The notes under the pieces were generated by a model, which worked only from the letters and a program-made list of their open reading frames with translations, was not told the DNA's origin and ran no database searches. The position numbers were made by a program, and so were the translations under genes. From Camelus ferus (Eukaryota), in contig NC_045696.1 of assembly GCF_009834535.1 (NCBI RefSeq), positions 114,764,001 to 114,828,000 of the forward strand: a DNA stretch of 64,000 nucleotides, written 5' to 3'. Positions 10,788-22,044 of this stretch are shown one piece after another. Position 1 is the stretch's first letter. Each line of letters starts with the position of its first letter.

Positions 10788-12099
10788 CTACAATAAGTAC
10801 ACTTTGTGTATTGTCAGATTGAACGAGCAGAGTATTGGGGCCAGTATTCACATGCTGTCCTAATGAATCAGTTAAAAGCAAAGTCATTCCAACTTGGAAA
10901 AAAAATGTTTGTTTTTTTTTCCCCTAGAATTAAAAAAAAAAAAAAAAGAGGAGACAGGGGTAGCCTAGAGAAGGCCATAACCAAGAATATATCTGTCTGC
11001 AAAACGTCATCATTTCACTCAGTGTTGGTTGAAATCTAAATGGATACATTTGTTTTAACATCCTTATTAAAATAAGAATAAAAATTTAAGGGCTTTTTAC
11101 AATTAAAAAAAAAACCAGGTTACAACCCACTCAGGGAATACTAGAAATTTCTCTCTATATAAAGATATTTTTAATTTTTTCATTGTAACTTATATGATTG
11201 TACAGCACTGTTTTGCTACATATAAATAAAATTAGAGGAAAATATTTCAAGTTTATTACATCCTTGCTTTGTTCTTTCCCAAATGACAAATTTGAGAGTG
11301 AATAACTGTAAATACTTAGAAAAGAGCCTCATTTAACTATCCTATATGAAGGTAGAGATGTGTTTTTTGGCAGAAGCCAGTTTCCATTCTGCGTACTTGC
11401 TTTGGGTAATTGGGATAAGATCTCCCTGAAACCATGGTGCCCAGTTAGCCTGGAAAGGGTGATCAATATCCTTGTAGGCACGTGATGGGGAGGAGTCTCT
11501 GCACAAGGGAAAAGCTGGTGTGGCGTACACATCCCTCTTTTGTGTCAGGTGGACTCTTCTAGACCTAAGTATAAGTGGAGACAACGTTATTTTAGCTTCC
11601 AACATTTAGAAGTCGAAGCTCAGCGTAATTTCAAATCATGTGCATTTGTACATTTCTCAGAGCTTTGAAAGGGTTCGTCAGAAACACTTGCTGTTGCTTT
11701 TCGGTTTTTTATGGATTTCTCTATAGGATATCAGTCTCTCCTCTTAATAATTTCCAGCATAAGAAGTCAGACTGCTGACCTCATCCCTGCTGAAGAGTGA
11801 GGTACACTAGGATGTACATTGCATTCTTCTATTCACACACATTTAAAAAAAGAAAAACGGTATTTCACATATCAGGTCCCTTACATACAAATCAGAATTA
11901 TGATAGTGGGAAGCTCTGGGGGTTGCAAGATACCAGCTCATCGCTTAGGAGACTCTCTTGCTGTCGTGTAAATGGTGCTTTTTCGAGTTTCTAACAAGCC
12001 ATTATAATGAAAATGTTTCCTTTTACTTAGTGCCTGTTATGTTCAAGACACTATACTGACTGCTTAAAAATGATTCACTGTTACTACTGTGGAGGAGGG

Positions 12100-13088
12100 G
12101 GTTCTAGTTTTCTATTGCTATGTGACATCCGACCCAAAACTTACTGGCGTAACACGGCAGCCATCGTGCGTGTTATGCTCATAGATTTGAAGCTAAGGAG
12201 TTCAGAGTGGACATGGCTTGTCTGTTTCACAAGTCTGGGCTCTCAGGTGGGGAGATTTGAATGGCAGGGAGTGAGGGGAACATCAGGAACACAAGTCTCA
12301 GGGCTGGCAATCTTGAGAAGGAACCAAGCTGGAGGAATAACATGTCCTGATCTCAAGCCATATTACAAAGCTGTAATCAAAACAGTATGGTACTGGCATA
12401 AAAAGAGACGCATAGATCAATGCAACAAAATGGGGAGCCCTGAAATAAACCCACATGTCTAGGGTCAACTCACTTTTCACAAGGGCATCAGGAATATACA
12501 GTGAGGAAATGATTGTCTTGTCGAGAAATGGTGCTGGGAAAAGTGTGTATCCACATACAAAATAATGAAACTGGACCCTTATCTTAAACCATACACAAAA
12601 ATTAACTTGAAATGAATTAAAGAGTTAAATATAAGACCTGAAACCACCAAACTTCTAAAAGAAAAAAAAAAAAAAAGCTTCCCAGCAATGAAGTTTTGGA
12701 TATGACACCAAAGGCATAGGCAACAAAAACAAAAATAAGTTAGTGGGATTGCCTCAAACAAAAAACTTCTGGAATATCTACTTCTACAGGGCTTCTCCTT
12801 CCACACGAGGGGTGGCTAGGTTGGACTGTCAACCGGAAAACTTAGAGACAACCTCTCTCTGTAGCTCGGGCTTCTCCCAGCCTGACGGATGCCTTCCAAG
12901 AAGGAGCGCCCAAGGGAGACAGGTGTAGCTGCGTGACCTTCCTGACCTCACCTGAAGGGGGAGCATCACTCCTACGGTGCTGCGCAGGGCCCAGCACGCA
13001 CCACCTAGCTTTGGGTGAGGAGATGTAAGGGCACCTTTTCACGGGAGGTATGACAAACAACTGTCAGTCCCCCTTTCAAACCTCCACA
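12100..13088 (-). mobile_element. MLT1G/H-like MaLR LTR, interrupted by an L1 fragment at ~12307-12770
   Basis: TAGTTTTCTATTGCTATGTGAC..CCCAAAACTTACTGGCGTAA start; ...TTTCACGGGAGGTATGACAAA...CCTCCACA end. Confidence 0.7.
12307..12770 (+). mobile_element. Internal L1 ORF2 fragment (no 3' UTR, no polyA)
   Basis: Peptide AILRRNQAGGITCPDLKPYYKAVIKTVWYWHKKRRIDQCNKMGSPEINPH is the L1 ORF2 post-RT region. It continues through AAATGGTGCTGGGAAAA and ends at CAAACAAAAAACTTCTG. Confidence 0.92.
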
Positions 13089-13089
13089 G

Positions 13090-13425
13090 ATAGGAGTTAA
13101 CTCCCATGACAGAGTTGAAGAAGAGGAGACAAAAGGCGGTTGAATAGTTTGCCGAAGTTCACAGAGCAGGTAAGTGCCGAAACCAGAATCCAAATCCAAA
13201 AGCCTGTGTCTCGCGAAAAGGGATGCCAGTCAACTGAGAGAGGCTCGGCTTCTATTTCCCTGCCATAATCTTGATCGTAATTGTATATGTGTAATTGCTC
13301 GTGTGATTTTCTTTAATGTTCTGCCTCCCCCTCTAACTCTTCATGAAACGCAAAGACTGTGTTCTTTTTCTTCCTTATCTCCCCGAAGCACAATAAATAT
13401 TTATTGGATGAATGAAGGAATGAAA
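13090..13425. mobile_element. MIR fragment (minus, ~13090-13230) followed by L2 3' tip (plus, ~13250-13425)
   Basis: TTGCCGAAGTTCACAGAGCAGGTAAGTGCCGAAACCAGAATCCAAATCCA; CAATAAATATTTATTGGATGAATGAAGGAATGAA. Confidence 0.65.
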
Positions 13426-13466
13426 GTTCAGTTTATCAAGCCTGAGAGTTAGGGCTTACAGTGATT

Positions 13467-13485
13467 GGTCCTGCAGGGGGCGTGT
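13467..13485 (+). promoter_or_regulatory. Candidate CTCF site
   Basis: GGTCCTGCAGGGGGCGTGT closely matches the CCASYAGRKGGCR core and lies outside recognisable repeats. Motif match only. Confidence 0.5.
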
Positions 13486-15029
13486 GGTCATTATACCTTT
13501 TGCAGGTGATTGGTGATTGCTGGATTTCTCTTCCATTAGCAAAGTGAATGATTGACTAGAATAACCTTGATTACATTGGAATGCTAAATGTTGAGTTTCG
13601 TCTGATTCCAAGAAACAGAATCTTCAGAGAGCAAATTTGGGTTGTTAATGAACCATTGCATCAGCTTCATGATGGCGGACTACCAAATAGTGTTGTTAAA
13701 TTTCTTTGTAGAGTTAAAACTTTATTATATGCTTTTTGTTAACTTATTTGTATAGAGCACACAGTGAAAGTTTTGTTTTTATGCATATACTCTTGACTTC
13801 ATGGGAACTCTGCCTTGCGAGTTGTCATATTAGAAAATTGTGAAAGCTTCGATCTACAAATAGCAATATATTAAACACTGAAAAACAAATCAAAGTAAGT
13901 TTAATTTGTGTGACTTTCAGGAATAACACTGGTTTTCAAAACATCTCTAACAAATCTTCATCAAAATATGAATTTCAAGATCTCATATTTTTTTATTGAC
14001 GTAATTGAGGTGTAGGTTACATGGTGCTTAAATTAGTCATCAGCAACAATTTTTCACATAATTTAAAAATCAAATTTAGATGTTGTTATATTTATATGTT
14101 AAACATGCCCACTTGCACAAGTTTTTAGATTTAATTTAGGAAAAATGTTTCTGACTTTAAAATTAGCCAAAATATAATTTTTTCTTAATCAGTCAGCTTC
14201 ATATATGAAATAATTAGCCTTCCAAAGGACACAAGTAACAAAGAAAATGAGAAATAGAGCTGCATTTTTATGGCCCAAGATAATTGAATGAAATAACCAA
14301 TATAGTTCAACTTCCTGGTACCTAGAAATTTTAAACCTAATGGAAAAAAAAACAAGTGGAAGTCTGAGCGCCTATTAAATAGAATTTTATGTAAGTGTAT
14401 AAATGAAATTTTTGTATGTGTGTGTATAGTTTGACTAAACTAGGTGTGTATATAAGTTGAACAGTGTGAGTATTGTATATACATTTGACAAAAGGTATGA
14501 TGCTATAGGCTACAAATAAATCTAAACAGAGAATGTTAGTTCTGAAAAAAAAAAAATTGAGAGGTTAAGCCTAGTAATGAGAACTACAGGATTTCTAAGG
14601 AAGCGCAGATATGGTTTATCAGAAAAATGAAATAAACTTGAGAATAAGCGTGTTTAAACAGCGTAAGAGAATTAATTGGTAGAATACCCCTTCAAGTTAT
14701 TTCTGAAAGGATAACCTTTTTTTCAGATCTTCATCACAAGAGTAAAAACATGCAATGCTCTTCCTTCTACCCCCTTCATCATAGATTAGGAAAATGAAAG
14801 CTATTTGAAGTTTTCGTGTTGTTTGCATGACTTAGTGTGTGTGTCTGGCAACTGAGACACCAATTTCGAATCTTATATCATAAAGTTAACACTTCAGAAC
14901 TTTTCGGTTAGTTTTAATAACAAAGACGGTTCTAAGATTTGGAGTGAAAGAAAATCTATCTTTGAAGTTCATCAGGGTGGTTCAGAATATGGTTCTCAGC
15001 TGTTGGTTGCGTTTCCTTTGGCAAATGTG

Positions 15030-16005
15030 ACTGTGTGGTTTTTGAGGGCCACCTACAAGCCGTCACTCAATTAGTGTTTTCTGTTGCTGAGGAAGGTGTT
15101 TCTAACACACGAGGTGAGTCATCTCGGCTGTGGCAGGCAACATGCTTAACCGTGGACAGAAGAAACAAAAAACCACGTTTAGTCCTTCTGTATGAAAATC
15201 AAGACTGAAAAATAGTTTTGCTATTAGCCATAAAAAGGTATAGATCCAATTGAGAGCTATTCCGGAGAAGGACAGAGAGGTTTGATAAGAAATCTATTTA
15301 TTATTGTATGAACCATTTAAAATAACTGTAATCAAATGCTTGGATAAGCTTTACATTTGTTCATTATCCATGGTTTCATGAATGTGATCTCAGCATCACT
15401 TATGGTGTCCAAATTCCCTGGCCAAACTTGGTATCAGGAAGTAACGGTAGTGGTCGGCCACCTCCTAGTACTGTCGCTGTCACGGAGACGGGTTGAGAAC
15501 TGAGACTTCTTTCATAAGGAGCTCAGGCTGAGCCATGACACTTAAATCCAAGCCACTTTACAGACTTTCCCGGAAATGATTTAGACCGATGATTACTTGA
15601 TCATAGTGGTTTGACTTCAGTCACAATTCCTTCCAATTTATGGCAGATCTGGAAAGTTGATCATCCTCCTGATAAGGCAGGTGTGACTAAATATTTTCCA
15701 CATAGACTAAAAAAATGTTTTTTTTTAATTAAAAGAAAATGATCAATTTGCTACACGACTTTCCTCTCTGCAGTTTTCACTTAATTCTTTATAGTTGCTG
15801 AACCGCACGTATCCATCTATTCTGTGTTTGGTGAGCTGTTAAATCTTAAATGAACTAGCCATTTGGAAATTAAAATGCTTTCACCAGGTGACTTTAAAAT
15901 GCCGAGTAAGGAGAATAGAAGCAGACATGCACGCTCCAAATTTTTTTCTGATTTTTTTTTTTCACTATCTTGTCCTTGCAAAGTCAAAATGCTGAGTCAT
16001 ATTGC
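15030..16005. promoter_or_regulatory. Candidate signal-responsive enhancer (motif cluster)
   Basis: RUNX TGTGGTT 15034-15040, AP-1 TGAGTCA 15115-15121, TTC-N4-GAA 15260-15269, ETS CAGGAAGT 15435-15442, GAS TTCCCGGAA 15567-15575, HRE TACGTGC (minus) 15805-15811, ARE TGCTGAGTCAT 15990-16000, all in repeat-free DNA. Confidence 0.45.
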
Positions 16006-16328
16006 ACTGCTGCTAACTACTTGGGAACACACTGGTTTATATGGAATTTGCTGCAGTGAAAACAGCAGTCTGCTTCTCTTGCAAAGCAGAGATCACACCT
16101 GGACCAGCCCCAGGACCCTTGTGCCATGTGGTAGGGATGTTGAGGCCAGGATGCTGGTGAAATAAACCAAGATATAAATGCCATCTCTCTTTTTAATGTG
16201 ACGCCATCTTTAATTAAAACTTTTATATCGGGAGTAACCTAAAGTTACTAAAGTTAACCAATTTATTATTTTGACTTTCTTCTCAAACTCTGGAGCCTCA
16301 AAGCTTCCTTGAATGCGTTAGACAGTGG

Positions 16329-16649
16329 TGCATTAGCTCAGGCAGCAATAACATAATAGACTGAGCAGTTTAAACCACAAATACTAATGTCTCACAATTC
16401 TGGAGGCTGGGAGGTCCAAGGTTAGGATGCTGGTGTCTGGTGCAGACTGCTTCTTGGCTTCTTGTCTCCTACATTCAGAGAACAAACAGTGAGCGCAAAC
16501 CCTAACATCTCTTCTTTATCCCATTATGACAGCTCCATCCTCATGACTCAACTATCTCTCAGAGGCCATACCTCCCTAATACCATCACATTGGGGGCTAG
16601 GATTTCAACATATGAATCTTGGGAGCAAAGACACAATTAGTCTATAACA
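16329..16649 (-). mobile_element. MLT1A-type MaLR solo LTR
   Basis: TCTCACAATTCTGGAGGCTGGGAGGTCCAAG...CCTAATACCATCACATTGGGGGCTAGGATTTCAACATATGAAT...TCTATAACA. Confidence 0.85.
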
Positions 16650-19587
16650 CAGTATTTCTAGTCTGCCATTGAGTTAAAACATATAGAACACAGATCTACT
16701 ACTGTTCACTTGGAAGTCATTTCCTCATTTATCTGGTGATTTTGATGCAAGTGCAGACAACTTAAAAAAACAAAAAAGAAAGTAGACCATTTTGAATCCT
16801 GGATATGCCAAGGTCACAGTTCCTCAAGCGTAAATTTTGGGAATCACAGCTGGTAGGGAGACCTTGGAAGACTCTATGATCTGATGTTTATTCATCTGGG
16901 TACCTGCCAGGCCAACTTGTACAGTGGATGAGCTGAAAAATTTATCCAGAAAACTTACCCCCCAACATAGCTGCACGTAGAATGTTTTTAGTACCTGCTA
17001 TTATGTTTGACTATACCCGTGAGGCACAAAATACCTGCATTTGGAACGTTCCATGACATAGTAAATTCAGTGTATAGACTTTGGAGTTATACACTGTGAA
17101 ATCATTTGTATCTAAGGGATATTAAACACACTTTGAAACCCATCTTATTTCAGACTTATCAGTTGTACCTTGGGAACTGGTGTGCCTGGAAGGGACATTA
17201 AATATTAATCATTCTAAGCCTCTCATTTTAGATTTGATGATCCTGATTCAGAGTACTTAAGGGTTTCACTTTGATTAGAGTATTTGTTAAGAAGCAAAAG
17301 ATAAAGAAGGAATTCCTCTTCCTGGATTGATTGATAATGAGAATATACCTCATTTTTATTACACTCCACTTGTCGATTTTTGATACTTTCAATTTTTTTT
17401 TCTTTTTTTTTTTCATGTTCAGTTGTCTGGTATCACTTTGGTTCAAAGCTAAGTAAGGAATATCTCTTGAAGCTCTCCAAAGACTAACACAATTTCAAGA
17501 TAAATCATTTTGCAAGTCTTAGGAGGCCATAACAAAGCAACACATCGTGGCAAACAGCAGATATTGTAAACCCTGGGGCAAAAAGTTTAATAATGGCTAA
17601 TTTAGTTTTTCCCTTAGGAAGATTCTCACACAGGGTACCAACACTTTTTGGAACTATAGATATAGATGCTTATTTACTAAGGGGAAAAAAAATCTCAAGA
17701 GGTTTTTCAGGTGGAGGAGGTCAGAGTTGAGGAAGAAATTTACTAAATGAAAGGTTGGCTGTTGTGGATTGTAAATTTCCAGTCATCATGATCAGAAATA
17801 GATAATGGATAAATTCCAAAGATGCTCTTACCTGTCTCCTGAGCTTAAGTCCTGTATTTTCAAATGGCTCGAATGCCCCGTTTGATGGACTGCTGAACTC
17901 CGTGCTTGCCACGTCCAAAGTTCTGAACATCTCCTCTTAAACCAGAGCCAAATTCTCCACCCGACCTGCCCATTCCTGGGAACAGTGCCATTATCTTGCC
18001 AGGCTCAAAAACTAAGAGTTGCCTCTCCCTCTGCCCTTTTCAACAATCCAGTGAGCCCCTGTACTTAGGCCTGTTTTTGCCTCTCTGGTGTTTGGAACCA
18101 TTTGATTTCATTTCCATTACCCTGAAATGATTGGGGCAAAGATTCATGGCATTTCCACTGCTGTAATAGTGGACTAGTTTCTCTCCCTGTTTTTCAACTC
18201 AACCCACCTTTCAGAACACCCCTTTTAAGTCTTCTTTGGCTCAGAATCTTTAATGACTCCCTATTGCTATAGGATAAGACTGTATCTTTTTAGGTTGGAA
18301 TTCAGGGTGTAATTGCCTTTTTTAGCATCATATCAAAATAGTCAAATCTGACCCTTGACAACTCCCTGTTCCTCTCTTCAAAATATCCAGCCTCTCTGCT
18401 TCAGGTCATACCATTTGCTTATGTGTAGTGTGGCCATCTACAGTGAGACAATGGTATATTTGACCATGTTAAGTGACTACATAATGCATCTCTTTGATGG
18501 TCTCAGGTGGGGAAGGTCACCTTGAGTGACTCGAACTGGGTGACACACCACCCAGTATTTCCAGTGATAAGGGGCAATTCCAGACCTGGATTGGCCGCTG
18601 TGGCCATGCAGAGTGGGCTGTTGGCTTGTCAGATCTGAAAGAAGCCTCTTGATTACTTGCTCACAGTAACGCTCTAGGCCCAAGTTTATTCACTGAAGAA
18701 ATTCAAATCACAGATACATACTTTGGGACAGATGGAAATGTACTTACACACCCCGTTTCTGTAGTTTTCCACTGCACAAGCAGTGAACTCTGCGCACTGC
18801 CAATGAGGGACAACATATTGAACACCGTGAATTTGTTACATATTGAACAGACTATGAATATATTACACGTAACATAGATAAATTATTTTTTGTATATTTT
18901 CCTAGTTTCCCAGATATTTTGGCCACCCTGCAGAATGTTCTTTCTCTTCTTACACAATTACTACATTTCTTCATTTTTTTCCGTCCATTCTCCAAGTTGC
19001 TTTCTTCCATGGAAACTTTCCTGGTAACTCAGCCTAGAATAATTTACTGAACTGACACAGAAATTATTGCTTCATTTCTGGCGGGGTATTTCCAAGAATT
19101 AAGTAATACAAATGATGCCCTTCCTATCGGTTTCAATGATTTTCTTCATTTGCAACCCCAAATACCTCCCACTTCTCCAATCTGCTTACAGAATGAAACA
19201 TGCATCTCCAAGTACTTTTCCAGATGTTAGTCACTGCAGAGGCACAGAATTTAAAGCACTCAGGTACGTTATTAGCACATAAGCCTAAGTGCTGATGGTT
19301 TGGGTGTAAAATAGAAAGAAATGGGTAGACATTTGGAACATAAGTTTTCCTTTTTCCCAGATGGTCTAATATTCCCTGGGCTGAAGAAGGGAAACAGAGG
19401 GACTATGTAGACAAGAGAGCAAGAAGAAACGTCACTCAAGTTTTAGCTCACAACTGGCCCCCCTTTGGAAGTAGCTGGCTTCTTACTTACTGATCGTAAG
19501 GACGCATGAGGCTGATTTGTACCTTGAGATTTTTCTCAGCAGCCTTTTCTTTGAGGACAGCCCTCTCCCGATGGCCAAGAACTGTAG

Positions 19588-20140
19588 TAAGCCCCTTCTC
19601 AAACCATCTGTAGTAAAGGACCAGTTAATTTTTTAAGTTTTTATTTCCCCACTGGCTGCAGAGCTGACACTTTTATAAAATGAAATAAAAGTGAACTATT
19701 AGAAAAATGGAATGAATGCAACAAAAATATTTATAATGCAAGTCCAAATATCTTATAAGAATCAATACTTATACTGTCCTTTGTGATTGGATGACTGCAT
19801 TCTGTTGATTCTTATTTTGTGGTTGGCTTTATTCCTCTGATAACGATGTAAGTTTAAAAAGCTAAAGCCCTAACCTGTTCTTAGACACAATGAACAGTAC
19901 ATACATGTAAACTAAAAAAAATATGTGCAGTATATTGTATATATGTATTTACCTGCAATATATTGTATATATGCAATCAAATTGTAACAATTCTACCCAA
20001 TAAAACTGAAAAGTGAAAAAAAAATCAACAGTCATAGTATTTTCCTGTCAAATCACTATAGAAGTTCTTAAGTGTTAACTTGCAAGGTCTGAATTTATTT
20101 CATTTTGTCTCCCCACTATGGGCAGTTCGTTTAATGCTTA
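19588..20140 (+). mobile_element. MER119-like hAT-Charlie remnant with intervening sequence
   Basis: CTTCTCAAACCATCTGTAGTAAAGGACCAGTT start; GTCAAATCACTATAGAAGTTCTTAAGTG distal part. Family assignment from memory. Confidence 0.45.
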
Positions 20141-22044
20141 ATTGTGAATTCATCTCTTCTTAGGAGATTTCTCATTTTGTGGTCTTACAAATTGTTTTAA
20201 AAATATTAATATTTCTTCTTCACTGTTTCACTTTATTTCCCCCTAAAGATCTTAAGGTTCGTGGGGTTAGACAGGAAATTTTCTTTTTCTTTGCATTTCC
20301 TGCATTTTCTAGTGCAGTGCCTTACGTAATTGCTGGTAATCATTCCTTTGTTTCAATTAAGCAAAAAAAAAAAAAAAAAGCCAAATATAGTAAACTTTAA
20401 ATTGTGCAGATAAGATTTATAGCACTTCCAGGTATTTTTGGTATTTTGGAGTGCCTCGTGCCAACCCAGGTGCAGAATATTTATTTAGGCTAATAGAGAA
20501 ATGTGGAGTCAAGAGGGACCCTGACTATTTGAAACTTTCATTTGTTTCCTCATCTGTAAAGTACATATAAAAGCACTTCTAGTTTATTTTGAAGGTTAAA
20601 TGAAATGCTAGTTATAAAGCACCTAAAATATGCTCTTACATGGCAGTTCCCCGAGAAGCCTTCACTGCCCTCTCCTCAGCACGAATATTTAGAATGCTTT
20701 GCTCTTCCCGCAAGCAGTGTGCAACACAGGATTGTTAGTAAAATGGCATTTTTTCCTTTGCATATTGTTGCATGCACACAAATACAGCTACTTAAAGGAA
20801 GAAATAGTTCTTAAACTATATTCTAGCTTTAAGGGAGAGACAGAACTACTTGGTGACCATGATAATACACATTTCCTCCCTTTATTTTTAGTACAAGGTA
20901 TATGATACTTTCCCCACACTTACATTCCCCCAAAGAATCTTGAATCCCTAAGGAAACCATCTTAAGGAGACACACATATGAATTTTGCCTTTAGAGACAC
21001 CAGGAATGGAAACCAGCATCTTCCTCAAAGGATCGCTTCAATGGATAGTTAACGATGACTTGCATCATTAACTTAGTCAAGATCTAGCACCTGAGGGTGT
21101 CATTGCCCATTATTACCTACTTGTTTTTAGTTAATAGCAGAACTTAGCATCTTCGCTTGCACCATATCATGGATTCGCAATTCTCCGTGGAGGCTCTAGT
21201 AGTGAAGGAAGATGGGTGTGTTTGTGTTCATTTCTTAGCTTTACATTTGCTCTTAGGAGCAAACAGAACACGAAATCACTTCTTCTGTGTCATTTTCTTT
21301 TGCTTCTAATAGTTCTTTGTGTTTCAGTGTCACCCTTGGGTTTGCCAATGTGTAGGTGTTGCTTTTAAGGCTAGAAAGTGTATATGAATGGGGCTTCTTG
21401 AGCAAGATATATACTCACTTAGGCATAGCTGGGGTGTTTCTCACTCCCTTTAAGTTGCCTGGTCCCCGGGCAAGTGTGCTTCTGTTCGTGCTCTAACTGG
21501 ACTCTGTACTCTAAACACCGAGAGCTCCTTTTCTTTCCAAATCTGTCATTGGACTCGGGACCACAAACCAATCGCTCTAGACCCTACAACTGCGTCACAT
21601 CTCTAATGTTTTTGAACTCTGACTTCCAAAGTTTCTTACGCTGTAAATTGTTTCTTCTCTTGCTAATTACCTGTTATGCATCCCTTTGGATGAAGAAGCA
21701 GCACATTTTGACAGGTTTGGTAAAATCCAGAGGTTGGGAAGATTTCGAGTTTGGCTGTTCATATAGATTCATGTCATGGAATCACAGGATATTTATTTTC
21801 TTAACTAAGGAGCGGCTTATCTCTCTCTCAGTGCAGGGGACCAGCCCAGGGCTTTAGGATATTTTACTACTCAGTATTTTCTGATGACATGCCCTGGTCT
21901 GCATGAGCATCACCTCATGAACTGTATTTAAAAATGTTATTTACACAGTGTACAATTAAACTTTAAATCAGCTCTACAAAGAGACTTTCTGACACTGCTG
22001 TGAACACACAATGCTTCTGGGAGAAATCCTGGATGTGCTCCTGC

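Noticed and set aside
11342..11605. 87-aa minus-strand ORF with protein-like composition (…DIDHPFQANWAPWFQGDLIP…)
   Set aside because: No recognisable family, no clear splice or promoter context; length is within chance expectation. Only BLAST/PhyloCSF could rescue it.
12070..12462. 130-aa ORF
   Set aside because: Chance fusion of antisense MLT1 sequence with an L1 ORF2 fragment.
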